DNA from: Balanoglossus misakiensis
Lineage: Eukaryota > Animalia > Hemichordata
Length of the DNA stretch: 64,000 bases
NCBI GenBank assembly: GCA_040954595.2
Contig: CM082588.2
Coordinates: forward strand, 5,086,156-5,150,155
Direction of reading: 5' to 3'
Both the position numbers and the translations under genes were made by a program. A model generated the notes under the pieces. That model was not told the DNA's origin. It ran no database searches and saw only the letters and a list, made by a program, of their open reading frames with translations. Positions 1 through 16,709 of this stretch are shown here, one piece after another (position 1 is the stretch's first letter; the number at the start of each line of letters is the position of its first letter).

Positions 1-1442
1 CTGCACTGGGACAGGATCGCGAATAATGCAGTGTTGATTAATATTATAAGCTCCCTAAAAATGACACAATGCGACAAAAGGCTCACTGGTGAGCTTAACA
101 GACCGGTTTCACATATAACACCACGCCACGTAAATAATGCAAAGACAAAACACCTTCGGTACAGTTACTTTAGTTTATCCAGCCGTCAGACGAGTTAATC
201 ACTTTAAAGGAAATATTTACCGCACCAACACACCGGGATATCCTTTGAGGTCACCTAACCTCGTGCTCAAAACACAAACTGTAATGGTAAAATAAAACAC
301 AAAAATATCTAAGTTTCGACAATGGTATAGGAATATAACATATGTTTTTCTATTTTATTGCAAACTGTATGTGCATACAACATTTTAAATTGCATTATTC
401 ACACTGTGTTGAATTCACTTTGGTGAAAATAAATTACTATAGAAGAAGGGTGTCGCGTAAACAATACCGTTGCTAAGGGGAAAGGCGGGGCTGAGCTTGC
501 TGAACTCATCGATGATACATGAAAATAATATAATCAATCGTTTCTAAGTTTAGGCACGTACGTCTGTATGTACATAGACACCATTCCACTGTCTGTGGTG
601 TGTATCAGCCAACCAAACATTGATATTACACTTTAAAATTTAATGATATGCCTATACATGTAGTAGGCCTAATTTTATGGTCAGCAAATAAGCTTATGAA
701 ATACAAATGACTTCTTAGCCCTAATATTCACATATTACACAATGATACACATATTATTACTTCTCATTCTAGTCATTGTTTGAGGCTTATCGCCATAAAA
801 CTTAAAAGGCCAGATAATTTAATTAGCCTTATAACCCTATGGTGATATTGGTAGGCGATATGACGTTTGTTAATTAACCAAAGTTGATGAAATGATTAAT
901 TTAAGATCAGGAGAAAAAGGAAACGTTTAGGCCTAGTTTCCGAAGGAGTCATCTGATTGAAATTACACGAAGCAAACTCGACATGCAGTTAAAAGTTGTT
1001 TGCGCTTACACTAGAGGGCGCCGATATGTGTTCTTTTCCACAGATCATGTTTATCAGAAAATGATTAACTTTTATGTAAGAATAGACAGGAGATCAAACC
1101 ATGAACAGCCAGCCATGCAGTTGTAAGGCCTAATGTTTGGTAGACTCAACTTTCCATGATGACTAATGTGATTAAATGTGAATATGCAAATGGAACGTAT
1201 TTTTTCTATAACACACATCAACGCGTCGGGAAAATCCACTTAGGACTAGAATATTTTTTCCATTTCCTAAGCCTATAACAACATTACGAAAAATCCCAGC
1301 CCTCCCATGTTAATTTTGTCCGGGCATTTGAAATGTCAATGAACTTTTTTGAACGCTCCGACCCTTGAACCAAGATGATTAACGTTTAATTCCTATTTTT
1401 TGTCAAACAGTGCAGCTTGTTTGCAAAGTCTGTTGGTCAAAA

Positions 1443-2970
1443 ATGGACATGCTGAATGATCCGCTTCGACTTCGAGAAATCGAAAAAATGGACACGGTTC
1501 GAGAGAAGCAGGAGGCTAGGTACAGAGCCAGATTTGCGCAGTGTGTGGGAATATATCTCCTGCTACTGGGTTCGGCGATAGCTGTTTTTGCTGAGTTTGG
1601 ACCCCGGCTAACCGGCATGACAAGTGCATGGTCGGCTTACATTTGTGGTGCAGGGGGTTGGCTGTTTATGTACGCTTTCCTTCGTGTTCACTTCCCCCGC
1701 TGGACGTGGAATGGCTACGGACCCGTCACGCCCATCAAGAAGGCTATGTTCGTTGCAAACTGCGACACACCTCTTGGTTTTTACACGGTGAAAAAACTAG
1801 ACTGGATCGCCACTATATTTGCTGGAACTAAAAACCCAGGTATGCCAAGAAGTGTATGTAGTTGAGTAAAAATTCATTTTCCGCGTATTCTGGTGGGAGG
1901 TTGCTTGGTTTGGAGGGATGTATAGTCATCGTTGCTTTTAGGTGTAATTGACGTCTCTGTCTCTTTTTCCCTTCCCCCCTCTATCCCTTCTCTCTCAGAT
2001 GGTGAGTTACCAAAGAAACTGGTAGAAGAATGTACCAATCGTATTGTCATCGTACCTCTTGACGTCACTTCCGATAAATCGGTTGCCCAGGCAGTGGAAA
2101 CCATTGATCAACACTTAAAGAAGAGTAACAATGGCAAGTATTGTTTTGGAAACAAGAGGGAACCGTTGTAATATAATCGTAAACGCACAGATCATTGACT
2201 AGTGTACCAAGATTAAAGGTGGTTTTACCTGTGCTCTCGGTTGCACCTCCCCTAAACACCTGCACAATTTTTTACAGACCTGTGGGCCATCGTTAATAAT
2301 GCCAGTGTCACAATGAGAGGCGAAGTTGAATGGACACCTGTTGATAGATTTAAACAAGCGGCAGAGGTCAATGTGTACGGCATGGTACGGATAACGAAAG
2401 CCTTTTTGCCTTTGATCAGGAAAAATCAAGGTACGTTTCTTTAGGCTAAACTTTGAACCACATATATCTACTACGTACCCGTGGCATCGCGATACTAGTG
2501 CTAGATGTTCGAACTCTGGATTCGAGAAACAGAAAGAGAGAGAGAGAGGCAGACACACAAACAATTGTATAAACATGATCTTTAGAAAGCCAGACGTTGT
2601 TGATTTGATGTAAAATGATATGCGATCGACCCATTCAGTAAGAGTTAACTATACTTATGAAATAACTCCCTTTTACAGGTCGAATTGTGAATATCCAAGA
2701 TATGTATGGCCGTTTCTCAGAACCCGGGTGTGCAGCATACGCTATGACTAAGTACACATCGGAGAGTTTCTCCGATGCCCTGACTTACGAAATGCATCAG
2801 TGGGGAGTCAAGGTCAGTTGCCGCAGTATAGATTTGGTCAAATTTCAAATATGGTTTCATTTGTTGTGTGTACATTTCGAAAGGGCTTAAAACAGAAGCG
2901 AAGTCATTGGTGGTGGTGGTGGTGGTGGTGGTGGTGGTGGTGGTGGTGGTGGTGGTGGTGGTGGTGGTGG

Positions 2971-3002
<32 letters not shown>

Positions 3003-3390
3003 ATGATGATGATGATACCCTTTGATTCGTCAGGTATGTGTGGTGGAAATCGACAGGCACTTCGCGGGAGTCCATGACGTCATCGACGCAAGAGATCAAT
3101 GGGAACGCTTGGACGAGAAGTGCCAGAGGCATTACGGGAGATCCTACTACGACGATCGTATTGCATCCTGGGAAAGGGAAGAGAAGTCTTGCGACGCTGA
3201 TTTGAGGCCGGTCGTAGACGCGATTTGCGATGCCGTGTTTTCGAGGATACCGCGACGGAGATACTACGTCGGGGGAATGAAATCGTTCTGTAAAGTTGTC
3301 TTTCGTGGAACTCTGCCATCGTGCCTGACCGATAAAATCATCGAAAGTCGATATTCTTCTCTCATTAGTCCAACAATCCTTACCCGCTAA
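1443..3390 (+). CDS. Short-chain dehydrogenase/reductase (BDH1/RDH-like SDR9C family) paralog 1, ~391 aa, two N-terminal hydrophobic helices. Exons 1443-1839, 1999-2133, 2278-2430, 2679-2812, 3034-3390
   Basis: Spliced translation gives [75 protein letters not shown] and PRRRYYVG, typical of SDR9C. Exon lengths sum to 1176 nt (in frame). Intron 2 is GC-AG. Confidence 0.88.
2909..3015 (+). repeat. Compound microsatellite (GGT)n(GAT)n in SDR paralog 1 intron 4
   Basis: Directly visible; it creates the spurious poly-Val/poly-Met ORF. Confidence 0.97.
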
Positions 3391-4192
3391 TTAAAGAAAA
3401 TGTCACTAATCGGCGCTGTATTTCTTGCCCATACTTTTGTTATATATACTCTGTCGTCTGTAGCGTTGTTTAGAGAAGAAACGCCAGAGATGAGGACAAA
3501 CATGATACACTGAACATTTTACCTGAGAATGTGAGATGCAAAACTGGGATCAACGCGTTGTATATAATATATACAATATAAAGGAGGAGCTATTAAAATT
3601 TGACACTGACAATAAAGTACTGGTCTTGCCTGAGCCTCTCTCTCTGTCTGTCTCTGTCTCTCTCTCTCTCTATATCTATCTATCTCTCTCTTCTAATAAA
3701 GCTACACCTACAGTATACCAACTTACCATAAGTCTTACGTTGACCTTAATGACCTTTGACCCTACGTGCCCGAGCGCGCCCTCTGGAATAGGTCAGGTGC
3801 AGGAGACAAAAAGTTTGGGGAGTCGCATCTTGCATCTGAACAAACTCCCTTTTCCGTGCAAATAGAAACGTGTTATTGAGGCGTGATGCATTCGTAGAGG
3901 ACGAGCCTCTGTACGACAACAACTACATGCGTTGCCGGTCATCGTGAGCGGAAGCAGATCGCCTGAATGATCATTGATCTGCTCGAGTACTGATGTTGAC
4001 ATCGACAATGGATGACCCCGGTGACGATGTCAACAAACTTTGCCGGTGTAACCAACCCTTGAACTGATCATCGGGGACTGTAAACTGATCAAGAGACGAT
4101 CGCAGTTATTCGGTGTGTCTATGAGTGAGTACTTCAAGCTTCGAGAGTGAGAAGTTTCATTTCCCCTCTCTGGCAACCCTGGTTCATATAAA

Positions 4193-5941
4193 ATGCCGGT
4201 GGTAAATGAAGAAGTGGCCAAACGCAAGAAACGCCTGGAGATACAGTCATTGCGGTTCAATGCGCGATTCCGTGTATCCGTTAGCGTTTACCTACTACTT
4301 CTAGGGTCAGCAGTGACTGTTTCAGCCGTGTATATTCCACGGCTGATTGGCCAAACAACTACCTGGTCAGTATACATCAGTGGTGCGCTGGGTTTTCTGT
4401 GTATGTACTTGGTCTTACAAACTCTCTTTCCTCGCTGGACTTGGGATGGATATGGTTTTGTCCTACCAGTGAAAAAGGCTGTGTTGGTTACAAGCTGTGA
4501 TACAAAACTTGGTTATTACATGGTGAAGCGAATGGACAGTGGGATTGTTACTATTTTTGCAGGGACTAAGAATCCAGGTGGGTTTTTCAATCAGCGATTG
4601 ATGTTGGCCATAAACACACTTCGAACAGTTCGACACGCCCTACTGAATATGCATATATAGGTATATGAGCACCCCCCCCCCCCCGTAGGAAAAAAACACA
4701 AAAGAAATTTCATGAGTGCTGTTTTTGGTTTCTACCACAGAGGGTGAACTGCCGAGGAGACTTTCAGAAGAATGTACAAACCGTCTAGTCATCCTGCCTC
4801 TTGATGTCACTTCTGAGGAATCTGTCACAGCGGCGATGGATAGTATGGAACAAACATTGAGGAAACGAAACCATGGTAACTTCACTGGGAAAAACTCATA
4901 TAAAGCCCAAAACAACTGCAGTAGATTAAAAACACACACATGATAATAATTAATATTCATATTTTATTTATTGACAGATTTGTGGGGCATTGTTAACAAT
5001 TGTAGCATTGCACAGAGAAGTGAAATCGAGTGGACTCATATCGACACATTTAAGCAATTAGCTGAGGTTAATGTATATGGTATGGTTCGTGTAACAAAAG
5101 CAGTCTTGCCACAGTTAAGACGAACGAAAGGTATGGAACTCGTCAAGTACCTCAATGAAAACATTCTTAATACTGTATAGTCAATTTGGGGCAGTGTGCC
5201 AATCACTTTACCAACTCTGTGATTCCTGCAGTGCAAGTACATATAATCACAAAATAATGCTCTTTGTGTATACAGTATAAACAAAATGTGAAGACGGTCT
5301 TTTTTTTGCATTCACAGGTCGTATTGTCAACATCCAGTACATGCATAGCAACTTCTCAGGACCTGGAAGTGCGGCCTATTCAATGACAAAGTCTGCTGTG
5401 GAGAGTTTTTCCAGTGCTCTACGTTATGAAATGCAGCAATGGGGAATCAAGGTGAGAAGCTCATGTAGGGAAAGACAATTGAATTGAATAAAGTCATGTT
5501 TTATAGCTCCAATAGTGGCCATGTGATAGATTAGTCAAGAATACTACTTTAAGAACCGAAACTAACAGTTCAGAAATATTGTCTTTTCAGGTTTGCAACA
5601 TTGAAATACACAGACACTTCAAGGGAATCGATGACGTCATCAACAAAGAGGAATTGTGGGACAGACTGGATGAAAAGTGTCAGCGGCATTATGGGAGATT
5701 ATACTATGACAGTCGCAATTCACTGTGGGAGAGAGAATTGAGGTCTGGGGACGGTGACTTGAGGCCAATCATCCTGTCGGTCGTTGATGGTTTGTGGTCG
5801 AGAATACCGCGGGATAGATACTATGTTGGTGGTCTGAATGAACTGTTGAAAGCAATCGCGTGTTGTGCCTTTCCAACTTTGCTGACCGACAAGCTGTTTC
5901 ATTCACCCTACCCTGTTAAACCAGCTGTACTTTCTCGATAA
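4193..5941 (+). CDS. SDR9C-like paralog 2, ~385 aa, tandem duplicate. Exons 4193-4577, 4741-4875, 4978-5130, 5318-5451, 5591-5941
   Basis: Internal exon sizes (135/153/134) and phases are identical to paralog 1. Motifs AVLVTSCDTKLG, LWGIVNNCS, AAYSMTK, WDRLDEKCQRHYGR. Confidence 0.88.
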
Positions 5942-6399
5942 ATTCACTTCAAATGTATTGATGTTAATTTTTTTCTGGTTTACTTTACTTTAAGCAGAGG
6001 GACATCAACACAAACACACATGTAAATACATGGTACAATTTCCAATAAATTACGAATTTTGCAAAAACCACGAAATTAGACTGAATCGAAATTTGAATAA
6101 GTTATTGTATGTATTGTCCAGTGTATGTGTGTATACAAGACAAGGTTCATCACATTTCATGTGTACAGGCAGAACACATCACCCTGTGGTGATCGACTCA
6201 ACACAGAAAAATACACAGCAAATTTATTAACGAAAAATCGCCCGCACTCGAGAGAAAGTTTGCCCTGAAAAAAAAGTTCTCCACTAACTTTTGGCTCAGG
6301 TATTTTCTCTCGGGTAAAGCAGCCTTTAGTTCTAAAAGTTGGTGACATCATAAGACCCCCCAGCACTTTCCGCATAAGGCATATTCCACTAATATTATC

Positions 6400-7320
6400 A
6401 GCCGTTGGTGGCGACATTAAACAATTTCTATCAGAGGATTCTGTCCTGTATGTCAGAACTGAGTCTCAAAGAATTTTGTTGACCTTCCAAAGGAATCTAG
6501 ACCAACAGGTGAAGACTGTCTGGCAATGTACGCACGTTTCTAATATTAATTTAAATGTCTAGACTTCGCGGTGAACCTCGGCTATTCTGATTGGTCGATT
6601 ACTTTCCGCTCACCTGAATCGGGTGGACCACAGCGCTTGTGATTGGTCAATACATTCTGGGCTGTTGTAACGTAGAGTCGCCGGACCAAGTTTGTTGACC
6701 CGGCCTATAAAGTTTGTCCGCATCTCTGACCTTTCTCTGACCAACGCAGCAGACGACAAGAAAAATTATCTGAGCAAAAAGTCATTCGAGGAACTTTGCT
6801 CAACTTTTTTTTCTCTCGCGTTCGTGTGCGACAGATTTTAGTTAAAAGAATTGTTGGTGGACACTGTCCGAACATATAGTAAGTGATATTTTCTACAGTG
6901 TTTTTTTGCCGTACCCGACGTTGGTGGCGACATGAAAAAATTCCTATCAGAGGACACCGTGTGTGCATGTCAGACAGTCCTAATTTTGTTGACCTTCCAA
7001 AAGAACCATTGAACCAACAGGTGCAAACTGTCTGGTAATATGAATGAGCGTTTTCAATACATATGTAAATTAAATAGGTCACTACTTCATTAATTATTCA
7101 ATGAGGTCGCCATTTAATTAAACATTCGTGACGTAAACTAGTACATTTTAATTAGCTAGTGAAGTTACTTGTCATATCCTCCGTTGGTGGCGACAATAAA
7201 AATGCCAGACCATGTCAGAACTGACTCTCAATCTCTTTGCCTTTCCAAAGGAACCTAGCTTTTTATAACATGCAGTGCGAATCCGCCTGGCAATGTACGC
7301 GCGTGTTCTATACATGTTTA
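6400..7320. repeat. Three diverged direct copies of a ~150-bp unit (starting ~6401, ~6919, ~7181)
   Basis: Each copy has CGTTGGTGGCGACA, then ATGTCAGA, then an (A/G)CC(T)TTCCAAA block, then CTGG(C/T)AAT, in the same order. Confidence 0.85.
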
Positions 7321-7422
7321 GAATTTATGATTTTTTGTTTGTGTGAACAGGACGGGGAATTATCTGAACAAAAAAAGCATTGGAGGAACTTTCCAGTACT
7401 TTTATTTTAGTGAAAACGTTGA

Positions 7423-8852
7423 CTATGACGTATACACTTTGCTTTTGTCTGGTTTTTCCGCCCCATAAAATGTTTTTCCGAGTCCAATATCCTCCACGCC
7501 TCTTTCTCTTAAACTTTTCAGCTGCGGATTGTCCGGGTATTCTTTCTCCAAAGCCGTGAGTTTGAGATCGGTGACGAAAGTGAACACGCGATAGTAGGAG
7601 ACGCGGCATAACTGTGACGCGTTGTCCCTCAGCACTAACGCGTCCTCTTTACCCTGGACAGTTTTCATCTTTTGCGGGTCTATGCACTCTTCCAGGAATT
7701 CTTGTTGTTTGCGTCTGAAATGAGATAAGTCGTCCTGAAAACTTGGCCCGTATGCCTCCACCTTCTCCCAGAACGTTCGGTTGAAGTGTTCGTACAGCTT
7801 GACGTCCGCCTTGTTCCAGACCCGTATCCGTCGCCTCAGTTCGGCCGACATCGGATTTCGGAGTCGCTCGTTTCTGAACCCCTTCGGGATGTAGAGAATG
7901 TCTTCAAACTCCCAGCACAATAAGTCCTTGAGCAGGATCAGGGATTCGTCGAAGTATTCCGCCAACATGACCAGGTCCAGCTCATTATCTAATTGGTAGA
8001 TTTTTAAGTCAATCATGGGGTCGGAGCTGATGTACCGCTTGGGGAAACCCAAGGTGTACATCATACCGTTCCTGAGCTGGAATTGCATGGGAAATTTGTA
8101 GTGCTGATAACGGTGCGGCTGCATCATGAACGTTTCGAGTGGGTTTTCCTCCGTTGCCAGATTCAACCTCTTGGCCACTTCGTAGTATCCAAACGCAGAC
8201 TCGAACCTCTCCACGGGGTCCCTCAGTATGGTCACCAGCATCGCCCGCGGCACGACTTGGTCCACCTCCGGCTTGTAGTAGCGAAAGTGGCCGGCCAGGA
8301 TGTCGAAGTCGGGACGATTCTCCCCGCCGTCACCCCACAGCTCGGAGCGGAAGACCTGCTCCCGGGAGAAAAGTTTCACTTCTTGAAAGATGTGGCTCCT
8401 CCGCGGCAGAGCGAATGTCAGGTTGTGGAGGTAACCGTAGCGCTGTATGATTGTGTTCGCGGTCGTGCTGGCCGTTTTGTGGGTTTTGATGAAAACGATC
8501 TTTTTCCAGGGCTGGCAGAGGAGACCCTCGTAGGATGTGGTCCATGGTTCTCTTTGTGGAGGAAGTGTGGATCGCCTGTAATATTTGGCAAAATCAGTAC
8601 TTTGAAACCTGTGGAAGGAAAAATAATAAAATATTAGTATTTGTGGAAAGAAAAACAATAAAATGTTAATATTGGCATGTGTTGATTTTCTTGTATAAAT
8701 GTAACTCACATACACACATTAACTCACCGCAACTGAGACATTTTATGCTCTAACTTGTTATCGTTCTTCCTCGTCTCCATTTTCCTCAGGGTCAGTAGGG
8801 TGATGATGGCACCAGCCAGGACCACATAAACGAACATCAGTTGTTGTCTCAT
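7423..8852 (-). CDS. Galactose-3-O-sulfotransferase family (GAL3ST-like), type II membrane protein, ~436 aa. Exons 8852-8728, 8608-7423
   Basis: 5'-PSB motif IVFIKTHKTASTT, 3'-PB motif TILRDPVERFESAFGYY, plus EYFDESLILLKDLLCW and WNKADVKLYEHFNRTFW. Exon 1 encodes an N-terminal TM (MRQQLMFVYVVLAGAIITLLTL) with a CG|GTGAG donor. Confidence 0.92.
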
Positions 8853-11800
8853 AATGCGCCGGTCTCTTTATAGCTGCAATTTTCAAGTTTGAACCTTTGT
8901 GTTGGATCCTCGCCAAGCTTCGCAGACACACGACACGAACTAATGTCGGTCTCTCTGTAATGTTGGGATGCTGGTGATAAGACAGGTATCACTCCATCAC
9001 CGCTCGTAGTTACTGCAAGCTGTTTGGATGGGAATTACAACATATACACGAAGTATTAAAATAAGAATAAAAGGGGTGAACAAAATGTGTGTGTCATGTT
9101 TGCTTTGGTAATTTTATTTTACGTGCAAAGGCCAAAAGTCAACGGTTGAAGAAGTTGGCGTCCTTCTTGTACACTTCTTGGCAGAAAGAAGAGTGTTCGA
9201 GTTCCTCTCTTGACAGTTTCTTGGCAGTTATCATGGGTGGTTGACACTGGGCTAACCGTCACAATCGCTGAGAGTTTCTGCCACTATGTAATGAAGAAAA
9301 ACCGATCCTCTTCAGAATTTCCGGGCGATTTTGTCTGCAGCTTATTATGTAACGATTTGTGTAAATTCTATAGACTGTCTTGTCACTTCCAATCGAAATT
9401 ATTCAAACAGGAAAGATTTCGCGTACACATGCGACGAGAACACAACTGTATAGTTTCAGAGTCAGGCAACTTCATTGTAGACCCGGGCTTCGGCCATGTA
9501 TAGTCACTGGTGATGGCCATATTGCACCATGGATGTAGACTAGTCCTAAAGTCGTTTGGCGTTTTTTATTCTTAACTAATTCAGTTGTTTACCGTCTCTT
9601 ACTTTTACTCATTACCTTTCGTATGTTTTGTTGGGTGAGTTTAATCGGTAGCGCACAACCACTCAAGGAATTCGAAGTCCTGACTTCACGCGACATTGGT
9701 GTCAGGTGCTAGCTCCAGGTGCAGTAACTGGTTTTACCACATACCCTGGAGTAATACTCGCACCCTGCTATACAGTTTTAGGTGTGACGGAGTTTTTAAA
9801 AAGACAGTTTCATTTGCATGTCCAAACATATCTTGGAAAACGCCATTGTATACTATAATTAGGATGACTGCTTGCAGAGAAAGCAGAATAACCCAGGTCA
9901 TTACACAACTGTTACCTCACAAAATGCGGGTATGAAATATTAGTACTAGTTTTCTGGCAACTTGTTTAGGCATGACGCTATTCATTGCTTTCGAAAGCCA
10001 TGCGATTATACCAAAAGACAATTGTGATGGTCTTTGTAGATATATTAATTCACGCAATACATTTACTTCTTCCATGACACTGCAAACAGGAGGTAATGCT
10101 CGTACTAGAAAATACTGAACACTGTGGTGTAAAGGTAAATTCACTTGGACGAGCATGGGACGTCACGGTCACTCTGTGCATGGAGGTACCATGCTCTGAG
10201 TGGCCGTAAAGGAACGCTCAAAATCGATATATTCAATTCCGATATTGTGCGTCTATTTACTTATAACCTTGCGTAAAAAATCGTGGGCGACGGAAAAGAC
10301 AAAATGACAGCCCCGAATGACAGGTAATCAGTGTATTTCACAAGCTGCCAGCTTTCCTGATCAGCCAGGGTGGTGCGTCGCTATAAGTTCGAAAGAAAAC
10401 ACTCACCTTAGTCCTTATACATGTACTAGTATTTACCCCTCGACCATAAGAGTAGAACAGTTACGTTGCTGTCACCCAGACAGTATCCATGTACTTTACA
10501 AAAAATATCCCGTATGTGCGCATAAAGCTCATCTGAAGGCAGGATCGCATTGTGGACAGGACAACATAAAACTCTGAGACTATACAAAAAAATAAAACCT
10601 TCGTCGCCTCTTAAAAGGGGTGATGTATATGCAGAAGGTGGGCATGCATTCACTGTCCGGACAAATTACGTAATGGACTGCGTTAAATCCCATTGGATAA
10701 TGACATTTGTGCAGCATAATATGCATATGAATTACTTTCTATTGATTTAGACAGGCGAGGCAGTATTCTCGATTGTGAAGTGGCATTGGTCATCAATGAG
10801 CATGGCTTTGTGGCTGCAGAACATTAACACATATTAAAGCTTTATAGCTGTACGCGAGTAAAATCACAGGAAATCGCTCAGAGCGATCTCTGGGATTTCG
10901 TAACTGAAAAGTGAAAGTGCGCTTCACGGAGAATGACTTCACGAATGCATTTTATCTGCAGTGGCTTACAAATACCACAAGACGTCACAATGGAAATGCC
11001 CCTGACAAACAATAACACACAGTTGTGTGCATTCACACCTTGTACATACTACTGCTATAAGCTGAGCTCGCATGGAAGAGGGGATACAGATATGGTCAGG
11101 TTATGTGGTCATATTCTGTCTGTCATGAAAGTACAGTTGTGCTATGGAACTTATCACGGCATGATTAGTCAATTTAACACACATACCAGAAAGACCGGTT
11201 GACCTTATTTTAATGACTTTTGACTTCGCAATGTGGTATAAAGTACAACAAATTGGCTGTATGATGAAAGGAAAAAACACACGACAAACTGCTGTATATG
11301 GCAAAAGATGACTCAATAATATCATAATCATAACAATAAAATAATTTTCACTCTGCATGTTGGAAGGGATTAATGCACTAGGCAATCGAGAGTTGAGAGT
11401 CTCACTTCCAACATTTTTTTCTGATGGAAGAATTTTGTGCCATGCCAACAAAATTCCAGACTAAACACAGCTATTGACCCTTTAAAAGTTGGTAAAAAAA
11501 CTGACCATCCTAAACAGAATCATCAACCTGGAAGTTTGTGTCATACAGATTTCATGCACAAGTCGATTTGAGTAAATAAAAATTTATAATAGTTGAAATG
11601 ATTAAAAGTTTACAACTTAAAACAAAACAGACCTGTACAAAAATCAAGAAGGTTGTAATGAGTGGTTACAAGTATATGTAAGTGATAACTGAAATGTTAA
11701 TTTCCGAGTTCCAACTATTCAGGCTTTCCCACAACATGTATATTGTACAGTGGTTTTTAGTATTTAGTGTACCGTAAGACTGAATTTTTTGCACTTGAAA

Positions 11801-12049
11801 GGTACCTACCAAGGAACTTTAAATAGTAACCAGGTGCACTCTCTGTAACATTCAAACACGCAAGTCATTCAACCGTTTACAGAATGCGTTTGAAACCTCC
11901 AACTTTCGAGTTGCAGAAAACGATACAAACATCACAACGTATGAAAATACAATCTGATTAAACCCTTCCAACTACCAACATAGGTCAACGGAGCAACATT
12001 GAACAAATTTGAGAATTCACAACAGTTTGACAAATTTCCTCTCTCTCAG

Positions 12050-15927
<3,878 letters not shown>

Positions 15928-16210
15928 TGTGGTGTTTGTTTCAAAGCTTCCCAGAATGTAATCGACCTGCAAAGCACACGATCCTTGCCAACCGGAAGCT
16001 TGGCAAGTTTGTTTGTTTGTGGGGTTGGAGGAATAAACAGCGCCAACGCGCACTGCAAATAATTACGCCTTTCGTTTCGGTGACCGTGTCAAACAAGGTC
16101 ACCAGACCATGTTTGTTGCACCGGCCTTCAGACTGGGGACTGTTGTTCGGGGTGTTCTCTACCGATCGCTGTTAGTCAGCGTTTTTTGGACCTTTCACTT
16201 GAGCACAAAG
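15928..16210. promoter_or_regulatory. Probable bidirectional promoter ZMPSTE24 / TP53I3-like, including a likely non-coding first exon of the latter
   Basis: Divergent start codons 783 bp apart, CpG-richer sequence, ETS motif CCGGAAG (~15992), and a + strand donor AAG|GTGAG at ~16210. Confidence 0.55.
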
Positions 16211-16709
16211 GTGAGGGATTTGCTTGACCAGGGCTTGGGTATTACTATTAGTCGGCATATGAAATGAACACGGTCCGTATAACTTTACAAGTTGAAATTG
16301 TACAACTTCCTTGGCCAATACTAGGGATCCTTGGCCAATAGGGGTCATCAGACCAGTCAGGGGATGAGAGTGGTAGAGCTACGGACCCGCAGCAATGAAA
16401 TTTAATGCAACTAAGCTGAAGGGAAGCTGCATAATGTTTACCCAGCACATCTGGTTACTGGCTCATTGAGCGGTCAGCGCCGTGACCTTACCTGGATGAC
16501 CTTAGTAAGGTCATAGAGGTGACCACTCAATGGCCAAACGCCCACAAGACATCGCCCCCAGTCACCAGCACACCAATGATGCGTTTCCATAAAACAAAAA
16601 CCAGAAGTCCTCAAAGTATGTGATTTATACTTGGACAAACATCCACAATGATACATGTACTTGGTGAAAGTACAATGATACACTATTATTATCTGCTTTG
16701 TAGATAACC

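Noticed and set aside
2868-3077. Poly-Val/poly-Met ORF
   Set aside because: Translation of an intronic (GGT)n(GAT)n microsatellite.
6400-7320. Repeat-spacer pattern as a CRISPR-like array
   Set aside because: Only three long, diverged, irregularly spaced units in a eukaryotic context, with no cas genes.
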